Assembly: GCA_943788295.1 (NCBI GenBank)
Contig: CALSPS010000006.1
Coordinates: 26,192-90,191 of the forward strand
Length of the DNA: 64,000 bases
Origin: Candidatus Poseidoniaceae archaeon
Lineage (GTDB): Archaea; Thermoplasmatota; Poseidoniia; Poseidoniales; Poseidoniaceae
Direction: 5' to 3'
In this document: positions 26,395 through 36,991 of the stretch, one piece after another
How the letters are laid out: each line of letters starts with the position of its first letter
How positions within the stretch are numbered: position 1 is the first letter of the stretch
Notes under the pieces: generated by a model
Seen by the model: only the letters and a program-made list of their open reading frames with translations
Told to the model about the DNA's origin: nothing
Database searches by the model: none
Program-made: the position numbers and the translations under genes

Positions 26395-28448
26395 GGATCA
26401 TCACCGTCTGGAAAAAGAGAATCGAGAAAGACAGAATCGGTCGAATGAGGGAGTGTGATTGTAAGCCGCTTTTCGGCCTCCATTGCCCTTTTGATGGCGA
26501 ATTTTGCACCGTTATTACGTGCCCAGGCTCTTCTCGCAACGCCATTGTTGACATCCCAATGGAGCATGGATTGGAGTTTCTTCTCACATTCATCGCTCCC
26601 ATCGAGCAACATGCCAAACCCACCGTTCATCACTTGACCCCATCCGACGCCCCCACCATTGTGAAGGCTGACCCATGTTGCGCCTCGAAACGCATCGCCA
26701 ACAAAATTCTGAACGGCCATGTCTGCGGTCCACATGGATCCGTCCCGAATGTTAGCGGTTTCCCGATACGGGCTGTCGGTTCCCGACACATCGTGGTGGT
26801 CACGACCCAAAACAATGGGCCCGGATAGTTCTCCGTTACGAATGGCTTGATTCATCGCAGAAGCAATTTTTCTGCGACCTTCATCGTCTGCATAGAGAAT
26901 GCGAGCTTGGGAACCAACCACCATTTGATTTTGACCGGCTTCCTTAATCCACCGAATGTTGTCTTTCATTTGTTGGGTAATTTCTGGCGGCGAAGTATCC
27001 ATCATTGATTCGAGAACTTCCATTGCAATTTGATCCGTCTTCTTCAGATCGTTTGAATCCCCAGAACAGCATACCCATCGGTATGGACCAAACCCATAGT
27101 CGAAACACATGGGGCCCATGATATCTTCAACATAACTGGGGTACCTAAAACTCCCATCGCCGTTGATTACGTCTGCGCCTGCTCTACCCGCTTCGAGCAA
27201 GAAGGCGTTTCCATAATCCCAGAAATACATGCCCGCTTCCGACATGACATTGATTGCAGCAGCGTGGCGTACGAGGGTTTCACGAACTTTCGTTTTGAAC
27301 AGTTCTGGATCGTTTGAGAGCATTTCTGCGGCCTCTGAATATGGCATTCCTACTGGGAAATAACCACCTTGGAATGGGTTGTGAAGGCTTGTTTGATCAG
27401 AACCAAGATCGACGCGGACTTTCCGTTCTACCAACCGCTCCCAAAGTTCGACAATGTTACCAACATACCCGATGGATATTGCTTGGCGGTTGGCGGCGCA
27501 TTCGACCATTCGATCAATGGCAACATCGATGTCCTCGGTCACCTCAGATAACCAACCTTGCTGGTGACGCTTGTATGCTGCGTGTTGGTTGGATTCAGCC
27601 ACAATGCATGACGCGCCTGCGATGACGGCTGCTTTTGCTTGTGCCCCAGACATACCTCCAAGGCCAGAGGTGACGAAGGTGACGCCCTCCAGCCCCGAAT
27701 CGCCGGATATGCCCAAATGCGCTCTTGCAGCGTTAAGGAGCGTTATGGTTGTGCCATGGACGATGCCTTGGGGCCCGATGTACATGTAAGAGCCTGCTGT
27801 CATCTGCCCGTATTGTGTGACGCCCAGTGCGTTGAGGCGTTCGTAATTATCTGGTGTCGATTCACTTGGAATCATCATCCCATTGGTGACAACCACCCGA
27901 GGTGCGTTGACATTGGAGGGAAAAAGACCCATTGGATGGCCAGAATACATGACGAGCGTTTGTTCATCGCTCATGACTGAAAGGTATTGCATGGTCAACC
28001 TGTACTGAGCCCAGTTTTGAAACACGGAACCGTTCCCACCATAGGTGATGAGTTCATGTGGAAATTGTGCAACAGCAGGATCCAAATTATTCTGAATCAT
28101 GAGCATGATTGACGCGGCATGGATTGATTTTGCAGGGTATGCGTCGATTGGATGGGCTTTCATATCGTATTCTGTGGGGCGAAACCTCCACATAATGATG
28201 CGTCCGAAGGTGTTCAATTCCTCTGCAAACTCGGGGCCTAGAATTGCATGATGTTTTTCATCAAAATAACGCAAGGCGTTTTCCAAGGCCAATTTCTTTT
28301 CTTTTTGGGTAAGGACTTGGCGTCTTTTTGGCGCCCTATCGACGTTCGAATCAATGCCAGGGTGCGCAGGAAGTGTGTCGGGGATACCCTCTCCTATATG
28401 CGCCCTCAACCCGCGAACATCCGTGCCCATGTTTGCTTGAAACCGCAC
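26391..28448 (-). CDS. hutU: Urocanate hydratase (HutU), long form
   Basis: 685 aa; typical urocanase motifs (MTAGSYMYIGPQGIVHGTT, NAD-binding GLGGMSGAQ). Overlaps the hutH start by 4 nt. Confidence 0.9.
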   Translation of the reverse strand: MRFQANMGTDVRGLRAHIGEGIPDTLPAHPGIDSNVDRAPKRRQVLTQKEKKLALENALRYFDEKHHAILGPEFAEELNTFGRIIMWRFRPTEYDMKAHPIDAYPAKSIHAASIMLMIQNNLDPAVAQFPHELITYGGNGSVFQNWAQYRLTMQYLSVMSDEQTLVMYSGHPMGLFPSNVNAPRVVVTNGMMIPSESTPDNYERLNALGVTQYGQMTAGSYMYIGPQGIVHGTTITLLNAARAHLGISGDSGLEGVTFVTSGLGGMSGAQAKAAVIAGASCIVAESNQHAAYKRHQQGWLSEVTEDIDVAIDRMVECAANRQAISIGYVGNIVELWERLVERKVRVDLGSDQTSLHNPFQGGYFPVGMPYSEAAEMLSNDPELFKTKVRETLVRHAAAINVMSEAGMYFWDYGNAFLLEAGRAGADVINGDGSFRYPSYVEDIMGPMCFDYGFGPYRWVCCSGDSNDLKKTDQIAMEVLESMMDTSPPEITQQMKDNIRWIKEAGQNQMVVGSQARILYADDEGRRKIASAMNQAIRNGELSGPIVLGRDHHDVSGTDSPYRETANIRDGSMWTADMAVQNFVGDAFRGATWVSLHNGGGVGWGQVMNGGFGMLLDGSDECEKKLQSMLHWDVNNGVARRAWARNNGAKFAIKRAMEAEKRLTITLPHSTDSVFLDSLFPDGDDP

Positions 28449-28488
28449 CCTGTCCTTGAGCGTTCGTATTGAGTTATTTCACATCAAT

Positions 28489-29730
28489 TCATGTGGCACG
28501 GGGTTCTGCTCGCCACAAAGAAAAGAATGCTCCTGAAACGATCATCACCACGGAGAAAATCAAAAATCCATTTTGTAATGTGAAATATTGTTTCTCTAAA
28601 AGATAGCCTGCAGTTGCACTGGATATCGAGAAAGCGATTGACATCATCAGCATGTCCATCGAAAACACACGGCCGCGCACTTCATCTTCGACCCATTTCT
28701 GAGTCAAGATGGTGGACAACACCCAATTTGCACCGGAGGCAGCATGGGCGAGCATTACGAGTGGGATAGTAAGGAAAATACTCATTCCAAGTGTCCAACC
28801 GACGAGGAAATAAAATGCTCCTGATAGCATCACCAACAATCCAACCATAACTGGCCATCGTTCTTCATTGGTGAGCAAGGCCCTTGCCGCAATTGGACCA
28901 ATTCCAGTGCCCACCCCACGGGCAAAGAAGAAAATCCCAAACCCTAGAGCCATGCCGAATCCGTCGAGGTCGGATCCCGCAACAACAAGAAACACTCCTG
29001 CTAAGCCACCCCCTGCTATGTTCCATGAGGATTTAGCAAACACGATGCGCAAGAGCCTTTTTTCACTGATAATTCGTTTCCAACCGTTCTTTATGTTGGT
29101 GAGCGCAGTGGACACAAGTGGCCCTTTCATATCCTCATCAATGGTTTGAGGGATGCTCAAATTTCTAAGCATATATGCCCCAAAGGCAAATGTCACTGCA
29201 TCGATGATAAAGGCTGCATCAGTGCCCCAAATTTCCACAACAATACCGCCGAGCATTGCACCCAAGCAGAGGGCTGTTGACCAACTCGCCGCATCTAAGG
29301 CGTTTGCTGTTGCGAGGTGTTCAGCCGGTACAATGTTAGGCAATGCTGCCCTTTCTGCGGTGACATACATCCCATGCATGATCATCATAGCCCCGGTGAG
29401 AATGTAAATCCAAACAATGTGATTTTTTCCGTCTATGAATAGGAAGCATAACGCTAGGCCAACCTGGATGATATTGGTCCAAACCATGATTGTTTTTCGA
29501 TTCAAACGGTCTGCTAAGAGCCCTCCAAATGGCTGGAATGCAGCAAAACAAAGCATTCGCATTGTAAACAGAAGGCCGAGAAAAAATTCTGATTCCGTGT
29601 ATTGGAAAATAAGCAGAAAAAGGGCAATGGTGTTGAACCATTCCCCCAACATGGAAATGACTGATGCAGACCATAACCGCCTAAATGCGTGGTTGGTCCT
29701 GATCAACTCTAGGTAACCAATCTGATTCAT
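28489..29730 (-). CDS. MFS transporter (12 TM)
   Basis: 413 aa, hydrophobic throughout, with MFS-type loop motifs. Co-directional with the hut genes. Confidence 0.7.
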   Translation of the reverse strand: MNQIGYLELIRTNHAFRRLWSASVISMLGEWFNTIALFLLIFQYTESEFFLGLLFTMRMLCFAAFQPFGGLLADRLNRKTIMVWTNIIQVGLALCFLFIDGKNHIVWIYILTGAMMIMHGMYVTAERAALPNIVPAEHLATANALDAASWSTALCLGAMLGGIVVEIWGTDAAFIIDAVTFAFGAYMLRNLSIPQTIDEDMKGPLVSTALTNIKNGWKRIISEKRLLRIVFAKSSWNIAGGGLAGVFLVVAGSDLDGFGMALGFGIFFFARGVGTGIGPIAARALLTNEERWPVMVGLLVMLSGAFYFLVGWTLGMSIFLTIPLVMLAHAASGANWVLSTILTQKWVEDEVRGRVFSMDMLMMSIAFSISSATAGYLLEKQYFTLQNGFLIFSVVMIVSGAFFSLWRAEPRAT

Positions 29731-32030
29731 TCTTCTTCATGCTCCATGTCGACCTGAGTCTTGGCATGGATAGAAACCGTGATCCATTTTGATGTAGGTG
29801 TGTTCGAAAGTTCTGCGGTGGAGTCGAGGGGCACAATGCTGTTTGCTTCAGGGAAATAGCTAGCAACGTTTCCTCGTGGAATATCATAAGCAACAAGTTG
29901 CCAATCGTCTGATGAGCGTTGTTGTCCTTTGAAATGACTCGTTAGGCTTACTTTTTGACGGTTTTTCCACCCTCGCTCAACCATGTCCAGCGCGTTCATT
30001 AACACCACTCGGCGGTTTCCATGGATGCCCCTGTAACGGTCGTGCACATCGTAAATGGTGGTGTTGTACTGATCGTGTGAACGCATGGTCATCATGGTGT
30101 AGCATTCATCTGGAATGTTTAGGTCGGGCAATGAATGAGTGGTGAAGTGTGCTTTTTGATCCGGAGTGGTAAACGAGCGAGTGTCACGCGGGGGATTTGG
30201 TAGGGCAAATCCATTTTCCTCACGAACGCGGGTGTTGTATTGTTCAAAACCGGCTAAACTGTTGCTCATCAAATCTCTGATAAGATCGTAATTTCCTGCG
30301 AGTTTCATCCAATCAATAGGACTTGAATCTAAGGTCTCGTTGGCCATTCTTGCTACAATCATCGGTTCGCTGAGCAATGCGGTTGATGCTGGATTGAGCC
30401 CCCCTGTGGAGCGATGTACTACGCCCATGGAATTTTCCACAGTGACGAACTGTTTCCCAGTTTCCTGCATGTCCAATTCAGTCCTCCCTAAGCAAGGGAG
30501 GATCAAAGCAGATTTCCCAGTGATGAGGTGCGAGCGATTTAATTTGGTCGAAACTTGTACGGTCAAGTTCACATTTCTGAGACCTTCCGCCGTCACATTG
30601 GTGTCAGGTGTTGCAGACAGAAAGTTGCCTCCCATACAGAAAAACAAGTCGACACGGTCGTCCACCATCGCCTTGATAGCGTTCACCACATCATATCCGT
30701 GTTCTCGAGGCATGGGTATTCCTAAGCCCTCTTCCATTCGGTCAAGGAAGTGTTCCGAAGGAGCCTCCCAAATTCCTACTGTTCGGTCCCCTTGAACGTT
30801 TGAGTGGCCACGGACGGGGCAGAAACCTGCACCCGGGCGGCCCACATGCCCGCCCATGAGCAGTAAATTCACAACCTCTTGAATGACAGCAACTCCATTG
30901 GGTTGCTGAGTTAGACCCATGGCCCAGCATGCGATGGTTGCGTTAGATCGGGCGAGCAATCGACCGACCGTTTCAATCTCATCTTTTGAAACTCCGCTGT
31001 CTTTGACAATCGTGCCCCAAGGCGTGCTGTTTGCCATTGATGCCATGGATTCGTACCCGTTTGTGGATGAATCGATAAATGCTTCATCCAACCCGCCTTG
31101 TTCGATATGAACCTTGATGAATCCCTTCATTAAAGCGGCATCTCCACCAATCCTGACTTGGAGATGATGGTCTGAGAGTTTAGTCGATTTGAAATCCAAC
31201 TTCATGTAATCTTGCGGATGTTTGAACCGCTCTAGGCCAGCTTCAGGGAGTGGATTGATGTTGATAATTGTAGAACCATTGTGCTTTGCATCTCGTAAAG
31301 CCGTGAGCATTCGCGGATGGTTCGTACCAGGGTTTTGGCCGATGACAAGGATCACTTGTGCAGAATTAAAATCATCGAGGGTGACGGTTCCTTTTCCTAT
31401 GCCAATGGTTTGACCTAGCCCTTTACCACTGGATTCGTGGCACATGTTGGAACAATCCGGCATGTTATTGGTTCCTAGGGAGCGAACAAATGCTTGGTAA
31501 AGAAAAGCCGCTTCATTCGATGTTCGCCCCGATGTGTAAAACACAGCGCGCTCTGGCTTCGAGAGTGAATGGATTTGATTGGCAATCCGGCCAAATGCGT
31601 CATCCCAAGATATTTCCTTGTAATGTGATTCTCCTTCTTCGAGAACCACGGGGTGCGAAATTCGTCCTTGTTTGTTGAGCCAATGATCGCTCTTCATTGC
31701 CAAAGAATGAATGCTGTGTTTGGAAAAAAAATCTGGAGTCACCTTTGCCTTCATTGCTTCGTCAGCAACTGCTTTTGCGCCATTCTCGCAGAATTCGAAT
31801 GTTGTCCTGTGCTCGGGATCGGGCCATGCGCAACCTGGGCAATCAAAACCGTCTTGCTGATTGACCATTGTGAGGGTTTTGACAGTTTTCACAAGGCCCA
31901 TTTTTGTCACGCCGTGTTTCATTGACGAAACAGCGGCTGGTATCCCTGCTGCCAATTTCTTTGGTTTTCCGAGTCGAAGGCTGAGCTGGTCCTCCGGTGT
32001 TTCTGGTGAAATGGGTGACCTCATGACCAA
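29727..32030 (-). CDS. Molybdopterin oxidoreductase, FdhA-like alpha subunit (formate-dehydrogenase family)
   Basis: 767 aa. N-terminal Cys cluster (DCPGCAWPDPEH), MGD-binding motifs, CHESSG near the active-site position. No in-frame TGA. Confidence 0.75.
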   Translation of the reverse strand: MVMRSPISPETPEDQLSLRLGKPKKLAAGIPAAVSSMKHGVTKMGLVKTVKTLTMVNQQDGFDCPGCAWPDPEHRTTFEFCENGAKAVADEAMKAKVTPDFFSKHSIHSLAMKSDHWLNKQGRISHPVVLEEGESHYKEISWDDAFGRIANQIHSLSKPERAVFYTSGRTSNEAAFLYQAFVRSLGTNNMPDCSNMCHESSGKGLGQTIGIGKGTVTLDDFNSAQVILVIGQNPGTNHPRMLTALRDAKHNGSTIININPLPEAGLERFKHPQDYMKLDFKSTKLSDHHLQVRIGGDAALMKGFIKVHIEQGGLDEAFIDSSTNGYESMASMANSTPWGTIVKDSGVSKDEIETVGRLLARSNATIACWAMGLTQQPNGVAVIQEVVNLLLMGGHVGRPGAGFCPVRGHSNVQGDRTVGIWEAPSEHFLDRMEEGLGIPMPREHGYDVVNAIKAMVDDRVDLFFCMGGNFLSATPDTNVTAEGLRNVNLTVQVSTKLNRSHLITGKSALILPCLGRTELDMQETGKQFVTVENSMGVVHRSTGGLNPASTALLSEPMIVARMANETLDSSPIDWMKLAGNYDLIRDLMSNSLAGFEQYNTRVREENGFALPNPPRDTRSFTTPDQKAHFTTHSLPDLNIPDECYTMMTMRSHDQYNTTIYDVHDRYRGIHGNRRVVLMNALDMVERGWKNRQKVSLTSHFKGQQRSSDDWQLVAYDIPRGNVASYFPEANSIVPLDSTAELSNTPTSKWITVSIHAKTQVDMEHEEE

Positions 32031-32060
32031 GCCTCACCCATAACGGAAAGACTGGGGTTC

Positions 32061-32858
32061 TCAAGGGTTGTCCTTCATTGCCGGTTGTATGTATCCAATT
32101 CCTATGCTGCGGTGGGGTTTCACAAAACTGAAAATTCTCATTCCCAAAGCACGAGCCGTTTCGGCTGCGAGCGTAGAGCAGGCACCCACACAAGCAATGG
32201 TTCCAATCCCAGCACGAGCGGACTTAGCCACGATGTCCCAGCCACATCGGCCTGAGAGAAGGAGAACGGTGTCTGCCCAATTTTGGCCAAGGGAAGCACG
32301 TGTGCCCACGGCCTTGTCGACAGCATTGTGGCGCCCTATATCCTCACACACAATAGGGCTCTCTTCTTCGAAACTGAACAAACCCGCAGCATGCATGCCG
32401 CCAGTTTTTGAAAATCCAATTTGCATTGCCTTCATGATCTCAAAGGACTGATTAAGCCAATTCAAATCGATGATTGTATGAGTTCCAGTGTAGGTTGGTA
32501 GAAGGTCAAGCAAGTGTTCAACTCCTGGGGAATTGCATGCTCCACATGAGGTTGACACAATCTGATTTGATCTCGATTTACCAATTTCATTCACTGTGTG
32601 TTCAAGCGCTTGGACCTTGTAGCCTTCTTCTGACACCGTCACTTCTATTTTGGCCCCGGGGGGGAGGCCATAACCTTCGGTGATGCAATGGCCAATGAGC
32701 AATTCAGGAAGGTCTGTCGGTGTAGCGAGTAGCGTGGTGAACACGCCTTCTTGGTCGGATAATTTAACCACCGTTTCCATAGCGAGGTTATCAGTTGTCA
32801 AGGTGTTTCCTTCTTGAGCCACCGTGTGCACTCCAATTTGTTTAAACAAATCACTCAT
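32061..32858 (-). CDS. fdhD: Formate-dehydrogenase accessory sulfurtransferase FdhD
   Basis: 265 aa with the conserved FdhD motifs (TSCGACNSPG, GGMHAAG, GRHNAVDKA). Confidence 0.75.
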   Translation of the reverse strand: MSDLFKQIGVHTVAQEGNTLTTDNLAMETVVKLSDQEGVFTTLLATPTDLPELLIGHCITEGYGLPPGAKIEVTVSEEGYKVQALEHTVNEIGKSRSNQIVSTSCGACNSPGVEHLLDLLPTYTGTHTIIDLNWLNQSFEIMKAMQIGFSKTGGMHAAGLFSFEEESPIVCEDIGRHNAVDKAVGTRASLGQNWADTVLLLSGRCGWDIVAKSARAGIGTIACVGACSTLAAETARALGMRIFSFVKPHRSIGIGYIQPAMKDNP

Positions 32859-33445
32859 GAATCATCCTCCGATTCTTTCAAATGATCTAAATTGAAGAAC
32901 TCAAATTGTAAAGCGACCAATTCAGCGCTCGATTTTGCCGCCGCATAAGCCTCTAAAGGCTCACGATTCAATTCAAAAAACCGTTCACCCCAACGGAATG
33001 CACCAAGAACACTGCGTGCCTGTTCCTCATGACCAAGCAAATAGAGAACGGTTGCCAGTGCTTCGGCTGTCGTGAGACGCCCTGGCTTCCCCCAATTAAC
33101 GGGGTTAGCAGCGAGAAGAAGCGGCAGCATTCGCGGTTGAAGCCTTGTCCGCTTCATCACCTGTGCCACACTTGACTCGATGTGCGCCCAGCTGCAATCA
33201 AGGCCCACAATGGATCCGCCTTGGTCTAAAATCAAAGAGTGGTCCTCGGGTCCGAACACCTTCCCACAAAGAGGCTCTAGGATAATGCCTCTTCGAGGTA
33301 GGCTGTTGACTTTTTTGTGAAGGTTTAGATCACCGCGGCGGGATGCAAGAACTGCAGTGTTCTTCTTTGGATCATCCTGTGCCAGCCAAAGGGCATGAAC
33401 GGGTAAATCGTTGTTTGTATCAACTGTTTTCATTGAAGTAATCAC
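32855..33445 (-). CDS. tsr3: 16S rRNA aminocarboxypropyltransferase Tsr3 (DUF367)
   Basis: 196 aa; GLDCSW, LLAANPVNWGKPGRLTTAEALATVLYLLG, FRWGERFFELNREPLEAY are Tsr3 hallmarks. Confidence 0.75.
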   Translation of the reverse strand: MITSMKTVDTNNDLPVHALWLAQDDPKKNTAVLASRRGDLNLHKKVNSLPRRGIILEPLCGKVFGPEDHSLILDQGGSIVGLDCSWAHIESSVAQVMKRTRLQPRMLPLLLAANPVNWGKPGRLTTAEALATVLYLLGHEEQARSVLGAFRWGERFFELNREPLEAYAAAKSSAELVALQFEFFNLDHLKESEDDS

Positions 33446-33932
33446 CTAAGGTCATGCCTCTGCTCGATGAGCGATCTAATTGAGTGGTGGTCTCCTCTGT
33501 GGCCATAACCCATAGTGATATTCCAAGAACACGTTCGAATTTTTTGAGAACACCATCGGTAGGTCGTTTTCCAGCTTCGGTTGCTTTGATAATATTGACA
33601 GTTTCCGCCATTCTTTTCCCGAGAGTCGCATGATTCCAACCCTTGTTTTTCCTTGCTTGAGTGATCCTCTTACCAAAATCGGATGCAAGTTCTTTTTCAG
33701 TCTTCAACATGATGTCCTTGCCTTTCTTGCCGCGCGCTGCGTAAGACGAATTGTGGGCTGGCCTGCTATGCATGGATTGAGCCTTGGCCAAACCCGGAGC
33801 TGTTTCCTTGGGTCCAAGGTTCATTCGTTCAATGCAACGTGAACAGGCAGCCACTTCAGTCTTCCCGGTTTTTACTCGGCGAACACTCACTTTCATTGCG
33901 CCACACAATTCACAATCTGCCATTTGCCTCAC
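33420..33932 (-). CDS. mbf1: Archaeal multiprotein-bridging factor 1 (aMBF1): zinc ribbon plus HTH
   Basis: 170 aa; N-terminal CELCG...CSRC ribbon and a C-terminal XRE-type HTH (ITQARKNKGWNHATLGKRMAETVNIIKATEAGK). Confidence 0.75.
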   Translation of the reverse strand: MRQMADCELCGAMKVSVRRVKTGKTEVAACSRCIERMNLGPKETAPGLAKAQSMHSRPAHNSSYAARGKKGKDIMLKTEKELASDFGKRITQARKNKGWNHATLGKRMAETVNIIKATEAGKRPTDGVLKKFERVLGISLWVMATEETTTQLDRSSSRGMTLGDYFNENS

Positions 33933-34025
33933 TCCCAGTGCTATGGTTCGGTCGACATCCTTTGAAGGCTTCGTCTTTGATGCCTGCGTGTTTAAACTCC
34001 CGGTTTGTTCTTATAACCTGAGCAT

Positions 34026-35264
34026 GTGGGTTCAATAGATAGCATGGGTGCAGAAGTCGAACAAAATGCTCCTTCCCGGTCACCACCTCAGGAAGATGAA
34101 ATCAAATCACTTGAACTCGCATACTCGGATTTGCAAGACCAAGCCCAGAATTTGATCAACGAGCGCTCGCAACTGGAAAGTGACATACGTAACTTGAAGA
34201 AAAGAGCCCAGCGGCTTGACGATGAAGTGCGTCTGCTAAAGTCCCCTCCATTGATCATTGGGCATTTGCAGGATGTATTGGATGATCGAACAGCCATCGT
34301 TCGTTCATCGAATGGGACGGTTTTCCAAGTTTCCCTCAATCAGCGTCTCGAACCAAAAACGCTCAAACCAGGAACACGCGTTGCCTTGAATCAAGATACA
34401 CTCGCGGTGATTGAAGTCCTCCACGATGCATGGGACCCAATGGTGAGTGGCGCTGAAATGGTGACAAAGCCAGACATTACTTATGAGGCGGTCGCAGGAT
34501 TGGATGAACAAGTGGAATCCGTTCGTGAGGCCATTGAACTGCCTCTAACATCCCCTGAATTGTTCAAGAAAGTTGGCATCACACCGCCCAAAGGAATTTT
34601 GCTCGTAGGGCCACCTGGCTGTGGAAAAACCCTCCTCGCCAAAGCCGTAGCAAATCAAACAGATGCGACATTCATCCGAATGGTCGGTAGCGAATTAGCA
34701 CAGAAATACATTGGAGAGGGAGGTCGAATGGTGCGGGAATTGTTTTCCCTTGCAAAGGACAAATCTCCGTCAATTATTTTCTTGGATGAAATTGATGCAA
34801 TAGGCGCTAAGCGTTTGGATGGCTCAACCAGTGGTGACCGCGAAGTCCAACGAACCCTCATGCAATTGTTGGCAGAATTGGATGGATTCGATGCTCTAGA
34901 AGATGTCAAAATTATTGCAGCAACCAACCGACCAGATATCCTCGATGACGCCCTTCTACGCCCGGGTCGATTTGACAGGATCATTACCATACCGCTACCA
35001 GATGAAAAGGGACGTAAAGCAATTTTATCATTGCACATCTCAACCATGTCCTCAAAAAGAATCAATCTTCAGCGGATTGTGGAAAAGACAGAAGGCTATT
35101 CAGGTGCAGAACTCAAAGCAACCTGTGTGGAAGCTGGAATGATTGCGATTCGTGATGGTCGTAGTTCAGTCTCGAACGACGATCTTCTTCAGGCGGTTAC
35201 CCGAATCAATGAGAAGAAAACAAATGGCGGTCGCAGTGCATCTCCTGACGCTCTCTATTCGTGA
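34026..35264 (+). CDS. pan: Proteasome-activating nucleotidase (PAN, AAA+)
   Basis: 412 aa; N-terminal coiled coil, OB domain, Walker A GPPGCGKT, Walker [13 protein letters not shown] motif. A TTTAAA/TTATAA pair lies 15-30 nt upstream. Confidence 0.9.
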   Translation: MGSIDSMGAEVEQNAPSRSPPQEDEIKSLELAYSDLQDQAQNLINERSQLESDIRNLKKRAQRLDDEVRLLKSPPLIIGHLQDVLDDRTAIVRSSNGTVFQVSLNQRLEPKTLKPGTRVALNQDTLAVIEVLHDAWDPMVSGAEMVTKPDITYEAVAGLDEQVESVREAIELPLTSPELFKKVGITPPKGILLVGPPGCGKTLLAKAVANQTDATFIRMVGSELAQKYIGEGGRMVRELFSLAKDKSPSIIFLDEIDAIGAKRLDGSTSGDREVQRTLMQLLAELDGFDALEDVKIIAATNRPDILDDALLRPGRFDRIITIPLPDEKGRKAILSLHISTMSSKRINLQRIVEKTEGYSGAELKATCVEAGMIAIRDGRSSVSNDDLLQAVTRINEKKTNGGRSASPDALYS

Positions 35265-35318
35265 TTTCATCCCAATTTACAGTGAACATTGAAGGTCCGA
35301 GTAGGCCGAACAACGGTC

Positions 35319-36365
35319 ATGCACCCCCTCGTCGAATGCGTACCTAATATCTCAGAAGGCAGAGATGTTGAGAAAATCCAACGAATCGTTGATGCAGCAT
35401 CCACATTCGATGGGTGCTCAGTGTTGGGAGTGGAACCTGATGCTGATTACAACCGAACTGTCATCACCATAGCTGGAACTCCAGAGTCAGTTACATCGGC
35501 TGCGTTCGCACTAGTCTCTACGGCCATTGCAGAAATTGACATGCAGAAGCATAGCGGGGAACACCCACGGTTAGGTGCCGTCGATGTGTGCCCATTTGTC
35601 CCATTGAAGGACATTACAATGGAGGAATGCGCTGAACTTGCAAGATCGCTTGCCCAAAGGGTGGCGAAAGATCTGAACATTCCAACCTTCTTGTATGGGG
35701 CAGCAGCCACCCATTCGGCTAAGTCACTCTTGTCGACCATTCGGAAGGGGGAATATGAGGGGCTGGAAGCACGCCTTTCAGATGGAGACTCTCCTCATGA
35801 TGAGCACACACGGTACCCAGATTTTGGTCCACTCGAGTGGTCCGAACGCGTAGCGCGGTCCGGTGGTTTGACGTTTGGCGCTAGGGAGATACTCGTTGCC
35901 TACAATGTCAATTTGAGTGAGTCGGGCGCTAAAGTCGCCCGATTGGTTGGATCATTAGTGCGTTCATCCGGCCGTTTAATCAAACAAGACGATGGGCGAA
36001 AAATGAGGTTTCCGGGTTCCTTGCCAATGGTCCAAGGCATGGGTGTTCCACTCGAAACCCACGGCATTAGCCAAGTTTCGATGAACCTCAGGGATGTCAA
36101 CCAATGTCCAATGCATGTGGCCTTTGAAGCCTGTAAATCAATTGCAGGTGACCACGGCGTTGATGTTCCGGGAAGCGAGGTTGTTGGCCTCGTTCCACTT
36201 TCCGCCATTTTAACAGCGGGCCACTGGTATGCAAAAGAAGGGGAAACAGAAGAATCTGCACTGGTTGATGCAGCCATTCGTGGCCTCGGATTAAACAATT
36301 TAAATTCATTCGATCCGAAAGAACGGATTATTGAATATGCACTCGAAGAAGGTGGTATTCAATGA
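35319..36365 (+). CDS. ftcD: Glutamate formimidoyltransferase (FtcD formiminotransferase domain)
   Basis: ORF 35289 (TTG)..36365; ATG 35319 gives MHPLVECVPNISEGRD, the canonical formiminotransferase N-terminus. HPRLGAVDVCPFVP is also conserved. Confidence 0.8.
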   Translation: MHPLVECVPNISEGRDVEKIQRIVDAASTFDGCSVLGVEPDADYNRTVITIAGTPESVTSAAFALVSTAIAEIDMQKHSGEHPRLGAVDVCPFVPLKDITMEECAELARSLAQRVAKDLNIPTFLYGAAATHSAKSLLSTIRKGEYEGLEARLSDGDSPHDEHTRYPDFGPLEWSERVARSGGLTFGAREILVAYNVNLSESGAKVARLVGSLVRSSGRLIKQDDGRKMRFPGSLPMVQGMGVPLETHGISQVSMNLRDVNQCPMHVAFEACKSIAGDHGVDVPGSEVVGLVPLSAILTAGHWYAKEGETEESALVDAAIRGLGLNNLNSFDPKERIIEYALEEGGIQ

Positions 36366-36991
36366 ATTGGATGGATCTAACTTTGAGTGAATTTCAGGCG
36401 CATCTGGCATCGGATGATGCAACACCAGGAGGGGGTACCGCAGCAGCAATTGCATTGGGCCAAGCCGCGGCACTCACTGAAATGGTAGCTGGCCTTACAT
36501 TGGGCAAAGAAAAATGGCAATCAGGATGGACTGCGGCTGAAACCGCAAGGAAGGTAGCCGTACGGATTATGGTGCGTTCCGGTGAACTCGCCAACGAAGA
36601 CAGTGAGGCCTTCGACTCGGTGGTGGCTGGATTTAAAATGCCAAAATCCACTGAGGAGGAGAAGGATGCTCGTCGCCAGTCCATTCGGCTTGCGACTCTA
36701 CGTGCTGCCGAGGTTCCATTGTCAACCTCGCAACATGGAATGGAATTACTGAATGTCCTTTCCGATTTAGCCACTGATGGCAATGCAAATGCTGCGTCAG
36801 ATGTAGGTGTAGCCTCTCTTCTTGCCAGTGCTGCTGTCAAAGGGGCTCTGTTCAACGTAGACATCAACGTAGCATCATTACCAGATGAGATGGCTCAGCA
36901 AGTCATCGACCAATGCTCAGGGATGCGTGAAGAATGCAGCAGAGTCTCTCGCCTTGTGATGCATGCCGTGCATGACAGGATTAATTCTTGA
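36362..36991 (+). CDS. Formimidoyl-tetrahydrofolate cyclodeaminase (FtcD C-terminal domain homologue, stand-alone)
   Basis: 209 aa, all-helical and Ala-rich (PGGGTAAAIALGQAAALTEMVAGLT...), typical of the cyclodeaminase domain. Its start overlaps the formiminotransferase stop. Confidence 0.65.
   Translation: MNWMDLTLSEFQAHLASDDATPGGGTAAAIALGQAAALTEMVAGLTLGKEKWQSGWTAAETARKVAVRIMVRSGELANEDSEAFDSVVAGFKMPKSTEEEKDARRQSIRLATLRAAEVPLSTSQHGMELLNVLSDLATDGNANAASDVGVASLLASAAVKGALFNVDINVASLPDEMAQQVIDQCSGMREECSRVSRLVMHAVHDRINS

Noticed and set aside
29727-32030. Selenocysteine-containing formate dehydrogenase
   Set aside because: The reading frame is uninterrupted, with no in-frame TGA. A Cys (CHESSG) sits at the expected position, so it is a Cys-type enzyme and no SECIS search is warranted.
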